Assembly (NCBI RefSeq): GCF_006345805.1
Contig: NC_042999.1
Span: 12,958,001-13,022,000 of the forward strand
Source of the DNA: Octopus sinensis
Taxonomy: Eukaryota
DNA length: 64,000 bases
Direction of reading: 5' to 3'
The notes beneath the pieces were generated by a model. The model made no database searches and was not told the origin of the DNA. It saw only the letters and a program-made list of their open reading frames with translations. Position 1 is the first letter of the stretch. Each line of letters opens with the position of its first letter. Both the position numbers and the translations under genes were made by a program. This document shows, piece after piece, positions 37,746 to 51,344 of this stretch.

Positions 37746-39035
37746 GAGGGGCGTTCAATAAGTAATGCCCCTGACCCATTCCCATAGCAGTAGAGCAACG
37801 AAACTTGGCACAGTTATTAGTCTTTTTCTACATAGGAACCACCCAGAGTTACGCATTTCTCCCATCGTTTGATGCGGCTCTGGAGACCGTTTTTGTAGAA
37901 GAACCCAGCTTGGTCCTCCAACCTCAACGTGACTTCAGAAATCAAGGCTGCATCATCTGGGAAACGCTTTCCTTTCAAAAACAACTTCATGATTGGGAAG
38001 AGGTGAAAATCAGAGGGTGCAAGGTCAGGAAAGTAGGGGGGATGGGGAGGAGTTCGTAGCCATACGCCTGTGCTTCTGATCTGGCGACAAGCGAGTTGTG
38101 GACTGGAGCGTTGTCCTGCAGGAGGAGGATGCCTTTGCTGATCTTGCCCGCCTCTTGATTTTGATAACTTCTCTTAATTTCCTCAAAAGTGAAGCATAAT
38201 AGGCTCCTGCAATTGTGGTACCCTTTGCCAGGAAATCTGTCATCACTACTCCGTCCTGGTCCCAGAAGACTGTGAGCATGACCTTGTCAGCGGAGGGCTG
38301 CACCCTTGCCTTCTTAGGAGGGGAGTGAGTCACGGTGCTTCCACTGCATTGACTGGGCTTTGGTCTCTGGATCATCGTGATGGACCCAGGTTTCATCCTG
38401 TGTAATCAGTCATTTGAAAAATTTTGACTCATCTTCTTGGCACATCTCCAAATTCACCCTCGAGCACTCGACGTGTTCTTGCTTCTGGAAAGGCGTGAGC
38501 AACCAGGGAATCCATCTGGCAGACACCTTTTGCATATGCAAATGGTCATGAATGATAGTTTCCACAGACCCGGTACTAATCTTGACCTCATGGGCTATTT
38601 GGCGAATAATTATGCGTCGATCTTCCAAAATGGCAGCCTCAACTTGACGGACAGATGCCTCATCAATGACAGAAGGGGGTTGACCAGATCTGGGAGCTGT
38701 TTCCACAGAGTTCTGACTATGTTTGAATTCACAATGCCAGCGTTTTACAAGGTCATATGATGGGACATCATCACCATAAGTTACTTTCATTTCATCAAAA
38801 GTCTCCTGTGGTGTGCGTCCTTTCAAATACAAAAACCGGATCACTGCTCGACACTCAACAGGCTCCATTTCACACTTGACTCGGTTCAAACACCTGTAAA
38901 TCAGAAACCACAAATAATTCAGAGCTGTAATTTGCCACTTACTCTATAGAGATATAAATGATTGCACATGCAAAATTTCAGCTAGATCAAACTACAGCAA
39001 GTGGGTCAGAGGCATTACTTATTGAACGTCCCTCG
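37745..39035 (-). mobile_element. Full-length mariner (DD34D) transposon, 1291 bp, inactivated
   Basis: TA-flanked ~34-bp TIRs CGAGGGGCGTTCAATAAGTAATGCCCCTGACCCA (2 mismatches). Transposase runs ~38868 to 37817: MEPVECRAVIRFLY, WIPWLLT, ITQDETW, LLQDNAP, HPPYFPDLAPSDFHLF. There is one in-frame TGA (38410) and about three frameshifts. The left end lies in (TA)n. Confidence 0.95.
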
Positions 39036-39039
39036 TATA

Positions 39040-40860
39040 TCTAGCAAGTGACGAAGTGTGCAATCAGCAGCATGCCAATGGCCACAATAAGGTGCAGGGT
39101 GGCTGCTAGTGAGAGAGGACATGTGTTACCAGCAGCGTGCCAATGGCTGCAAGAAGGTGTAGACGGCCGCCACATATGCATTATTAGAGGCCCAACACTT
39201 GAAAGGAACTCAGCCACTTTGCCTCCATGAGGCCCAATGCTTGAAAGGTACTCAGTCACTTAGGCCCAACATTCAAAGGTTGATTTTTTTTACATGCCAC
39301 CAGCATGGGTGTACTTGACTTGACAGCTCCTCTTAAGCAGAGCACATCGCATCTGTGAGGTTCAAAGTTCGAATGTCATGCTTCACCACCTCGTCCCATG
39401 TCTTCCTGGGTCTACCTTTACCACAGGTTCCATCCACAGTTAGAGACTGGCACTTCTTTACATAACTATCCTCGTGCATATGCATCACATGACCATACCA
39501 GCACTGTCGTCTCTCTTGCACACCACATCTAATTCCTCTTATGCCTAACTTTTCTCTCAAGATGCTTACACTGTCAAACATGCACACTGACATTGCACAT
39601 CCAACAAAGCATACTGGCTTCATTTCTCTACACGTGTCCTCGGCTGTTATAGCCCATGTTTCACTGCCATGCAGCATATCTGTTTGCACCCAAGCATCAA
39701 ACAATCTGTCTTTCACAAGAGAGAGAGAGAGGACCTTTGTTACCAGCAGGGGTAGGAGCTCTCTGAATTTTGACCAGCCTAATCTTATTCTCACAGCTAC
39801 ACTCTCAGAACAACCACCTCCATTATTAATCTGGTTGCCTTGATACTGGAAGCTATCTACTACCTCTAGCTTGGCCCCTTGCAGTTGATGGAGTCTATTT
39901 TCTGCACATATTCAGCATTTATTAAGCTTGTGTACCTTCTACATACAAAAGTTAGTTTCTTTGTTAACCTTCTTTTGATGTTGCTGCACCGTGTGTGTCC
40001 AAAGCTTACACAGGGTAATCTTATGGAGTTTCTACCTACCCCTATTCTACAGATTGAGCAGGACCATCTACCTGAGGAGATTTGTGATTTGTCTGCCTTC
40101 TTACTTACTATGGCTTTGGTTTTTGCTAGGTTAACTCTAAGGCCCTTTAATTCTAGACTTTGTTTCCATACCTGGAACTTCTCTAACTCAGGTAGTGATT
40201 CAGCTATAAGAGCAAGGTCATCAGCATAGAGGAGCTCCCAGAAGCATCCTGTCTTAAATTCCTTTGTTATTGCCTAGAAGACTATGCTGAACAAGAGGGG
40301 ACTGAGCACTGATCCTTAGTGAACGCCTATGTGTACTCTGAATTCTTTGCTGTACTCACTGCCCACCCTCACCTTACTGGTAGCGTCCCTGTACAAGGCT
40401 TGTACAGCTCTTACCAACCACTCAACTATCCCTAGTTTCTGCATTGATGACCAGATAATGGACTAGGAGACAGTCAAAAGCTTTCTCCAAGTAAACAAAA
40501 GCCAAGTATAGAGGTTTATCTTTGGCTAGGTATTTCTCCTACAGTTGCCTTAGCAGAAATATAATATCTCGTCTAGACTAACTCTCTCCCTGATTAGTTA
40601 GGCTATGACCCTCTTCATGACTTTCATCACCTGATCTAACAATTTGATACCTCTGTAATTATTTCAATCTAAGGCATCACCTTTACCTTTGTAGCAGTTG
40701 ACTGTGATGCTGCTACACCAGTCATTGGGTAGGGCTCTTTTACAATACAGGTGACTAGACCATAACCCACACCACCAGATATTTCAAGCATCACAGTGGT
40801 GATTCCTGATAGGCTGGAAGCTTTCCTTGTCTTCATATCCTTAATTGCTTTTGAAATCAG
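39040..40860 (-). mobile_element. RTE-type LINE, 5'-truncated within RT
   Basis: CYKGKGDALD*NNYRGIKLLDQVMKVM; CIWVHKRC-like zinc region; RIRLGWSKFRELLPLL; GRPRKTWDEVVKHD. Confidence 0.82.
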
Positions 40861-41578
40861 TCAAGTACTGGGGTTAATGCAATCAGCTTGCCTCTTCTCC
40901 TCAAAAAAAAAAGAAAAAAATGCTGGTTTTGGACCTTGCAAAGGATCAGCATCCTGTTTGAAATGCAAGTTGTAATCTCTACCATGGAAACCAGGCAACC
41001 AGCCATATGAATTCTAGTGCTTTGACAAAAAAAAAATAAACAAATACACATATATAGTGTCACTATAACTAAATTCACCAAAGCACAGAATAAGCAGCTA
41101 AAACAGGGTTTCAAAAGTACACAAACATACACTGTGTGTGTGTGTATTTATATCATCATCAACATCACTTAATACCCATTTTCCATAAGTGGAATAATTT
41201 AAATTATCATAGAAATGTTCTGAAGTTATTATTTTTTTGAAGACTTCTCCAATTGAGCCTTAAATCCTGTTCCTTGCCAATTCAGATCTGAAGTTTCGCA
41301 TGAAAGACATTGTTGGAGAAACCCCACTTGATAGAAGACAAGCTAATCCAACAATAATATTTCTGCTGGTAAATATCCAATCAAATAAAATTTATAGGAA
41401 ATCTAAACTTAAAATATAATATAGTTTCATATTGATTTCAAGCTAATCCCATCTCTCTCTCTCTTTCTCTCACACACTTTCTGATTGAGAGTTTTTTTCA
41501 TTCCAAGCTGATTACCAACTGATGTAACTTCACAACACTCCACCTTCTAGCCTCATACATTATCCTTAGATTTTCTTT

Positions 41579-41633
<55 letters not shown>

Positions 41634-42246
41634 AGAGAATACACTTCTAATTTCCATTTTCTGAACTATCCTCCAGATTCACAGCATGGTGCACATAAAT
41701 ATCAATTAAGGCAATCTACTTAAAAAGCTATCATAATCACTATCATTGTTTTAATGTCCATCATACTATGCTTGCATGAATCTGAGGCAGATTTTCTATG
41801 TTGGATGCCCTTTTTGTTGCCAACCTTCTATTTTCAAGCAAAGTAATATTTCCCCATGTCCTGACATGGTTTCACAGAATATTGGAAATGAATGATACTG
41901 CTTGTAGGATAGTGGCATGCATTTACAACTATCACACAACACACACACATGATGAGCTTCTTTCAGTTTCTGCCAACCCAATCCACTCACAAAGCTTTGG
42001 GGGATATAGTAATAGACACTTGCCCAAGGGGCTACACAGTGGAACTGAAGCTGAAATGATGTGGTTGGGAAGCAAGCTTAACCACTCAGCCACATTGACA
42101 TTCTATGAGTTTGATGTAATTAACTAAAATCTCTCTGCATAGTCCTTTAACTGAATCTAGTAAAAAGAAAAAACAGAAAGAGAGAAACTAGTGAAGCATT
42201 CTATAAATAAACCTGAAACATTAGTTAAAATAAAAAATCTATCAAT

Positions 42247-42649
42247 ACTCTTTTACTTGTTTCAGTCAGTTGACTGCGGCCATGCTGGAGCACCGCCTTT
42301 AGTCGAGCAAATCGACCCCGGGACTTATTCTTTGGAAGCCCAGTACTTATTCTATCGGTCTCTTTTGCCGAACCGCTAAGTGACGGGGACGTAAACACAC
42401 CAGCATCGGTTGTCAAGCAATGCTAGGGGGACAAACACAGACACACAAACATACACACACTTATAATATATATATACATATATAAGACAGGCTTCTTTTC
42501 AGTTTCCGTCTACCAAATCCACTCACAAGGCATTGGTCGGCCCGGGGCTATAGCAGAAGACACTTGCCCAAGATGCCATGCAGTGGGACTGAACCCGGAA
42601 CCATGTGGTTGGTTAGCAAGCTACTTACCACACAGCCACTCCTGCGCCT
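42247..42649 (-). mobile_element. tRNA-derived SINE (family 1), near full-length young copy
   Basis: Head GGCGCAGGAGTGGCTGTGTGGTAAG...GGTTCAGTCCCACTG; CORE-like TCTTGGGCAAGT; internal TA/TG microsatellite. Degenerate copies occur at about 906-1000, 11050-11290, 12660-12975, 13900-14070, 15190-15330, 19625-19990, 27700-28020, 41760-42100, 45025-45440, 49080-49480 and 57660-57830. Confidence 0.8.
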
Positions 42650-43407
42650 ATGTTTTTTTATATTTTTTTTAATGAAATAGTTGTGTCAAAGCTAGAAAAA
42701 AAACTTTCATGACCCCTCCCCAATAAAAGACAGGTGACATGAAGTTGTCATACGTTCTCTAATACAGGATTGAAATAAACTGGTCATACTTTTTACCAAG
42801 TTATTTTTAATCAAAATAGTGTCAGCAAAAGATTTATGAATTTTAACACATTTCAATAATTGATCCGCCATAATTCTGCCTTCATTTTTCATTTATCAAT
42901 ATCTATAAAGCTGAAATACAAAAAATTTGTTTGTCTCATATTGGGATGGGAACGGTAGATGGGGTTGGATTGGCGCCAAAATTTACAGGGACATGTAAAA
43001 AGAGGCAAGGAAGCGACTGGACTAGGTTAGAAACCCCTATCTCAAAAGCTGTGGTTACTAGGGCAACAAAACCCAGACTTTGACAAGTGTTTGTCGTTTC
43101 TCTCTTTTGGATATCACCCTGTCTTCCTTGATCTCTCTATTTCCTTCCTTCCTTCCACTTTCTCTCTATAACGACATTTAACAGCTTCCACTCTCATTCC
43201 CTTTCCGCCTTCGCCGTGTCTCTGTCACTCTTTCTCCCACCACCTCTCTCATTGTACGTCTGTCTGTATCTATAGAGAGAAAACGTTGACAGCTGCAAAT
43301 GTTTAAATATTTCCGCCACAGGTCTTTTAAAACGGTGATTTATTATCGCCCACCACCACTGCACAATCAAAGCAGATATCATTAATCAGATATATTGTAT
43401 TAATTTT

Positions 43408-43491
<84 letters not shown>

Positions 43492-46400
43492 ATATAAACA
43501 TATATATAATGTGTATACATATATATATATATATATATAATCATCAATATCTATAAAGCCGAAATGCGAAAAAGTTCTTTGATTTCTTGGTTATTTGTCT
43601 CATTTTGGGATGGGAATGATTTAAGAGGCAGTAGATGGGGACAGATTGGCACCAAGATTTACACTGGGGAGTAAAATGGGGTGGGCAATGGTGTGAGGAG
43701 GGTTGCAAGTCGCTTGGGGCTACCGTTTGGTTGCCATGGTGAGGAATATGGAAAAAATTGAGTTTTATAGGATGGACAGGTTGCACTGTTTGAATAATGG
43801 TGGCTTTTGTGTTGCTGCAGGGGCTAGAGGCGGTTATCTTTAATAGTAGGTGTAAAAATTTGGGGGATTTTGGAAAGGGGGGTAAAATTTTTCCCCTTTT
43901 AAAAAGAGTACATTTTTGCCCTATTTTTAGATTTAATTATTTTCTGTTTGCATTATTTAGTTAACATAGGTAAAAATGGCATTGTGTTAAAGGCCAAAAT
44001 TTTAGCTTTCATTTGCATCATGAACTGTCAAAATATACCAGAAAAAAGTATCAAATTTCACAAAATTTTAAGTAATTTTGAATTATTTTTGTGATTTTCA
44101 TGATGTGTGATGGTGAGACCCTTAATTTATTAAGATAAGGGGGTGTTACTAAAGAGTGTTTTTATGTAGCATATACACAAACATGTACACACACAAACAC
44201 ACTACATACACACAGAGGCATAACAATGTGGAGTGTGCTTTGTAACCATGTGGTTTCATGCTCAGTCCCAATACATGATGTCCCACACCTTGCACCAAGT
44301 ATCTTCCACAGCCTTGTGCTGATTGAAACCTTGAATGTAAATTTGGTAGACAGAAACTGAAAGCAGCCCATTGTGTAGGGGCAGGAGATTCCTTGTCTTG
44401 ACAGTGTGCCACTGTAAATAAGTGTCATTGGTTTCCACTATTCCTTGAAAAAATCTGCCTCAATAAATTCCATTTGACTCATGCAAGCATGGAAAAGTGC
44501 AAGTAATTATGTTGATGATATACATTAGGTGCTTGGCAAAGCCCATCCAACTCCAAGCTATATACATTCTGCAAGCATGATTTTACAGTATTACCATAAA
44601 GCAAAACAACTGAGTTATTTCTACCTGTACAAAACCAATTTTCAGTCACAGAACAAATTGGAGTACCCACAACAAGCTACATCTTGGCTTCTTGGTTGAT
44701 ACAACATCAAAGAGTCACTGTCTTTGCTTGCACATCATCATAATTCATAAATATTTTACAGGTACAAAGAATTGAGTGAAGTTGTTTCCACTCAATTTGT
44801 AGTACTACTAGCAACCAATAGCACAACTACACTAGATCAGGTGGTCAGAGAAAAGCAGAGAGCCAAATAGAGTAAAGAGAATGGTGAAACAACAGTAAGT
44901 ACTTAACTATAAAGCTTAGTATACTTTCATGACTAATGAATGTGAACCTTGGAATCCATAAAAAGAAACCCCAAACTTACTTTCAGTGATATGCATGTGT
45001 GTGTGTGTGTGTGTGTACACAAGGAACAGGTGTGGCTTAGAAGTTTGCTTTGCAACCATATGGTTTGAAGTTCAGTACCACTGCATGACATATCAGGTAT
45101 CTTTTACTATAGCTCTGATCTAATCAAAGGCTTGTAAATGGATTTGGTAGATGGAAACTGAAAGAAGATCAATGTGTGTGTGTGTTTGTAGATGTATGTA
45201 TGTGTGTAGATGTATGTATGCATGTGTGTGTGTGTGCGTTTTTGTGTCATCTTGTCTTGATATCATGGAATAGTTGTAAATCCATGTCACTGTCATACAA
45301 GCAGGGTCATTCATTTTCAATATTCTGTAAAAACATGTCTAGCCATGAAGAAACATTACCTTACTTGGGAATAGATGAGGGTTGCTGACAGGGAGTTCAC
45401 CCAGCAGTTGAAAATCTGCTTCAATAAAATCCGTGCAAGTATGAAAAAAATGGATGGTGATGTGTGTGCGTGTGTCTGTGTATAAACCATAACATGTATT
45501 TAATCACAAGCTCTAAATATAATACATATTTTCTGTCCACTCATTAGAATTATTGGCCTAGTAAAGTAGCTTTGACTGACGAGATCACAACAAGGTTGAA
45601 ACACTGCAGTGTATCAAAGTTTCTTTATACCAGTGAATGTTATGAAGACATTGTCTAAAGGAAGGTGTTCACTGTTGACCCCACTAAAACAAAAAAAAAA
45701 ACAATGGATAACCCTAACCCATACTGAAATGTATAGATACATTATTGTATCGTATACTGGCATTTAAACAGAATATTTAATTTGTAAAATTTTGTTTCAT
45801 CTTCAGTGTTTAATATGTCTTTATACCAACAGTTCATTAATAGAATCAGTACATTTATACAGTGTAATAATCCTAACAAAAAAATATTTATTCATGTGAT
45901 CTTGATTCTAAGAGATGCTGAACATTTATTCACACTTCTACATAAATAGTGAAAACCCTGCACAAAAAATATTTTATCCAAATTAATAAACGCTGAAACG
46001 TTAATATAAACACTGACCTTTTTTAAATCCACACACATACACACACTTATTAGGTGATAAAATGAATAAAACAAGCAAACCACTGTGGATTAAAGAGCCA
46101 ATCTCTCTAAATTATAGGATTACATAGCATGGGTTACAATTAACTGTTTAATTTATACAAATCCATATAAAATACAACTAATAAACATTGATAGTATGAC
46201 TAACTGAACATCATTAATGGTTAACAATTTTGAAAACAACATCTAAAATAGTTTTAATTAAGTTACTAAGATCTAACTGAAAGATGAAATTGTTACACAA
46301 GTTTCTTGTGAAACAGTAGTAAAAACTGAAATGATTGCTCTTAAGAAACAGGAAATTGAAGGCCTAAAACAGTGATAGGAGAAATTAAAGCAATTAGTAA

Positions 46401-47119
46401 CAAAATGAAGAGCAAACACTTGTGAATGGTTGCTAAATTATGTTAATAATATATTAATGATGATAATTAGATGGAATGATTGCACCATTTGTTCTACAGT
46501 AATTAAACTTAATAGTACTTTGTTAAGCAATAAAATGGAACATTGTTTATTTCTTACACTGCTCACAATTGTTGTCCTTCCTACCTTACCAAACCAATTG
46601 TTGTCCTCCCTACCTTATTGCTCGCTTCAAACTCTACCATTTACTGATAGTGTCCCCTATAACACTAATTCTCTTTTAAATGAATAAATATATTGGTTAT
46701 ATTTGGCTTACTAAAATTAGATGAATTGAGGCTGTGAAATAACAGAGTTGCTACAGCAACAAACAGAATGCTTCACAATACTCATTCCAATTCCCTGCAC
46801 AATTTGACTTTTGTTCTTCCACAGTTGATAGAAAAGTACCAATCCAAGGAGATGCATTGGTGGAACTGGAAGAATGTCAGACCAAACGTCTTGTGGTATT
46901 TGTTCCAGCTGTTTTCATTTTAAGTTCAATTTCACCATGACCTCTTTGGGTGGTAGAGTTTAACACCACCATCTTGGCACCATAGATGTCTCCAGCAGAG
47001 TCCACTCTGTTGCAAGCATTTAAGTTAGGTTTCGTGTTTGAGGGTAACTCTCTCTCCACCCACCCATCTCAACCCGGTTTCAAAAGCCCTGTAAAGGGTC
47101 ATGAGAATTTCCCTTTCAT

Positions 47120-47370
47120 TCTTCCATATCAAAAGATAAAAATCATTATTATTAACCTGCTTCATTAACATCTTTCTATTGAAATACCTCGCTTTTGTAT
47201 CAATTTTAAAAATAATGAAGAATATAGTAAAATGACTCATTATTTAAGCTGGTGTTTGGAACATAAATTAATGTGAAATTTTGAAGGTTTTAATTGAGAT
47301 CCCTTTCAAACAAGAAGCTGTGAGATAGAACCTGAGGAAATGTCAGGCAGGTTGGTATCAAATGAGTTAA
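47120..47370. repeat. Dispersed ~250-bp repeat ending GGTTGGTATCAAAxGxGTTAA, possibly piggyBac-like
   Basis: A related copy lies at ~57050-57292 and a partial inverted end at ~55245. A matching second terminus was not identified. Confidence 0.45.
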
Positions 47371-50255
47371 ACATATTATAAGGATGAATAAATAAATGAT
47401 GCTATCAGTGTTAATTTCCAACAAGCCTCAAGAAGAGGGCTTATGGATGTTCTATTTCGTTGGTATTTATATAAATGATTATTTTTAAAATCCAGCTAGA
47501 TACAAATCAAATGTATCAAAAAAAAAAATGCTGTACTCAAGAATGAACAACCAGCATAATATCTTGTAAGTTGGTCCCAAGAAATTTGGAGAATGTTACT
47601 GGTATTTACAATCTAAATAACATTATAGGTTTGAGCTTAACCTGGTCAATTTCAGCAATTAATTCATTGTAATGGAAAAATGAATAAATAAAAAACTATA
47701 AAACTATTGAGGTCTCTCCAGGGGATAGTGTAGAATGGAGGTTGATATTTTAGGAAAAATGTTTCCAAAATTAGCACATTCATTTTCTTTTCATTCATTA
47801 AAAACTATTTTTAAAATATTTCAAAAAAGAATACTACAAGTAACCAGAGAAATTTGTTATTTATCATCATAATTACTTTATGTCCACTTTCCACACTGGC
47901 ATAGGTTGGATGGTTTGACAGGATCCAACAAACCAGAGGACCATGTTTTATTCCAAATGTTTTACTCCAATGCCTTGTTTGTAGGCATAGTTTGACAAGA
48001 TTAAATGATTCTGAGGAACAAGTCTTCTTTTAAGATCTCAGTTTTGACTTGGTTTCCACAACTGGATGTTCTTCCTGACACCATTCATATTACAAATGAT
48101 ACTGGATGCATTTTTCACAGCACCAACACTAGAAGTTGTCTTGCAAATAACAAGACTAAAATGCCCTCTCAAGCTCTGTGTTGCTGCTGTTTGGATTGAT
48201 TACCAATCACTTAGAGTGTACTGGGAGCTTTTTGTGGCACCAGCACTGATGGGGTTTCTTTGTAGCTCAGAAAGGAAAAAAATTACTGTGAAAGGATGAT
48301 AATGGAGAGAATAAAAGAGGGAACAATGTTGAGATGGGAGTATAAGAGACTGAGGAGAAGGGAAGAACAATGTCAGGTTAGTGTGAAGGAGAGGGAAAGG
48401 GGACAACGTAATCATGGTAATGAGGTAAGTTGAGTAGGTAGACTCAGTAATGGCATGAGTTAGTCCAACAGCCATACCAACATGGGTTGATGGTTTGCTG
48501 GAGTCCAAGTCAGTTTATTGCTGAGAAAGGATAGGGATGCTTAAGAAAGAATAGGAAGAAAGTGAGAACTAGTGTCAGGACATTAGTGAGAGAGAATCAA
48601 ACACAGAGGGGAGGGTTGAGAAGGAGACAGTGAAGTGTAACCTCACATTATACATGAGTGGATAAAGTGGTTTAACCAAATTAAAATGATGAACGAAAAG
48701 AACAAGTTAATGATGTTTAACATTTTAAAATACCACAACCTGTCCTCATTAGGATATGAAATTTAACCGGACAAACATACAAAAGCAGAAATAGACATAT
48801 GAATAGCACAATGAATAACAGTTTGAAAATAACTAAAGTAATTCTTTTGTACCTTACACTTTCGTTTTCTAATCATTGTATTTTATTTATTAACTATCCA
48901 TTTACACATCAACTGATGGATGGCCATATAATAGGAATATATTGTCAAACTTTGGGTCAATAAAACTACTGTTTCTGTGAGTTGTTTGTATTTGTATGAG
49001 CTTTGTAAATGAATAATGACAAGTATCCACATTTTCTTTGTAAGAAAGAAACAGTTTGTTGTTCTTGACACCAACTTTCCTGCTTTGTAATAGAGTAGTT
49101 AAGAAGTTTGGTACCCAACTACATTATTTTGGGTTCAGTCCCATTGTGTGGTATCTTGGTCAAGTGTCTTCTATTGCCCTGGATGGTCAAAGCTTTGTGA
49201 GTGAATTTGGTACACAGAAACTAGAAGTTCACCATATGTGTGTATGTCTGTGTTTACATCACCTTGACTTGAAATCACATGTTAATTACAAATGAGTTTT
49301 GCCATCATTCAAGTGGTGTAATTCATTTCCAATATTCTGTGAAAACATCTGGCTATGGATAAATTATACCTTGCTTGGAAACAGGTGAGAGTTGGTGACA
49401 GAAAGGACATCTGGCTATAGAAAATCTGCCTCAATAAACTCCATCCAACTCATGAAAGCAAGGAAAAGGTGGATGTTAAAACACTGATGAAGCATTTTAC
49501 ATGCAGCTATTTTTTTAACAAAATTTTTAAAACAGATAAAGGTGATTTCTGTAACCTTAAATCCAAGATATACCTTAATAAATATGGCATGAATTAAATT
49601 CCAAGTGTCAATTAGACAATACTTATCATTTAACATTCACTTTTTCATGCTTGCATTTGTTGGGGCTAATTTTTCTACAAACTGATGCTTTTTCTACAAA
49701 CAGTAGCAACTGATGTTACTACCATTTTAACCTCAGGAGGGCACCTCCTCCAGCTGGTTATTTGATGGATGGAAGAAAGGTGAAGTAAACCATAACAAGA
49801 TTTGAACCAAGAATGCAAAAGGATGTAGCTAAATTCTTGTGCTACAAGAAAAGAACTAACTTCAATCCTTATTTGAACTTTTTTTTACATACTTGGAAAC
49901 ATGTTCATTCTTTTCTCTGTGGTAATTATTTCTATTGGCTTCGTCTATTTTTTCATTGCTAACTTCACTCTGGTTTATCTGTATATCATTTTTCAGATCC
50001 TGTTTGCTGGAAATTGTTTTTACTAAAACTGAATATCACTTTCCATTTGACAAGTCAGTAGTCATAAGCCCCTACTTCTTGATTGTGTAATCATATCCTG
50101 TTTTCTCAAACCATGTCCTCTCTTACTAGAATTCTTTATTTGCTAATTTATTCACTAATAGTTGTCCAGTATCTACCTGTTGATTACACCATTCGTATCC
50201 TGCTTTGTTAAAGTAACCATTCTTTCTGTAACACTTTTTACACAAATGATGAAGG

Positions 50256-50292
<37 letters not shown>

Positions 50293-50368
50293 CTAATGTA
50301 GGACAAAATTTTTTTCGAAAAAATTTTTTTATCAATGGCCAGCATATTAAAAAATACCTTTAAAGGTT

Positions 50369-50670
50369 AAATTTATAAATAACTTATAAAATAAGGGCAA
50401 AAGAAAAATTCTAATGCCAAATTTACCGAAAATTGATAAAATTGTCAATAACCATTATAATGTATGCGTCTCGAAACAAGCTGAAAGAAATTTCTAAAAA
50501 ATTCCATTGGAATTAGGACCAATTCGGTAATAACGGAATTTTTTAGAAATTTCTTTGGCTTGTTTCGAGACGCATAAATTATAATGGTTATTGACAATTT
50601 TGTCTATTTTTGGCATATCTAGCACTAGAATTTTTCTTTTGCCCTTATTTTATAAGTTATATATAAATTT
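50369..50670. repeat. Foldback: ~136-bp arms (50369-50505 / 50535-50670), 29-nt loop
   Basis: Reverse-complementary arms, e.g. ATGCGTCTCGAAACAAGC / GCTTGTTTCGAGACGCAT. Confidence 0.85.
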
Positions 50671-50692
50671 ATGTGTGTGTGTGTGTGTGTGG

Positions 50693-50734
<42 letters not shown>

Positions 50735-51344
50735 CAAATATACATATCATCATCATTATCATTGTTTAACTTTCACTTACCATGCTGGCCTGGGCTGGAT
50801 GGTTTGACTTAGGACTGGCAAGCCAGGAGGCTGCTCCAGGTTCCAACCTGATCTTGCAAGATTTCTACAGCTGGATGTCCTGCCTAACACCAACCACTAA
50901 AAGTGAAGTGGGTGCCTTTTATGTGCCACTGACATGGGAGCCAGTCAGGCGGCACTGGCATCAACAATGCGTGAATGGTGTTTTTTACATGCCACCGGCA
51001 CAGGAGCCAGTCAGGTGACACTGACAACGACCCCATTCAAGTGGTGCATTTTATGTGTCACCGGCACAGGAGCCAATGACGCAGTACTGGCATCAACCAC
51101 TCTCCAATGATGCCTTTTACTTGCCACCAGCATGGGAGCCAGTCAGGTGGCACTGACATCGAGGATGCTCGGATGGTCCTTTTTATGTGCCACCAGCATA
51201 GGTGCCAGTAAGGCGGCACTGGCATTGGCCATGACTATGATTTCATTTGACTCAACAGGTCTTCTCAAGCACAGTATATTGCCCAATGATTAAAGGGTAC
51301 TTTTAAATGAGCCAGTTATGCAACACTGGCATCATCCATGGTTA

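Noticed and set aside
42895-43760. Two related segments starting TCAATATCTATAAAGC (~42895 and ~43543) that resemble Helitron 5' ends
   Set aside because: No matching 3' hairpin/CTAG end was identified with confidence, so they are not listed as elements.
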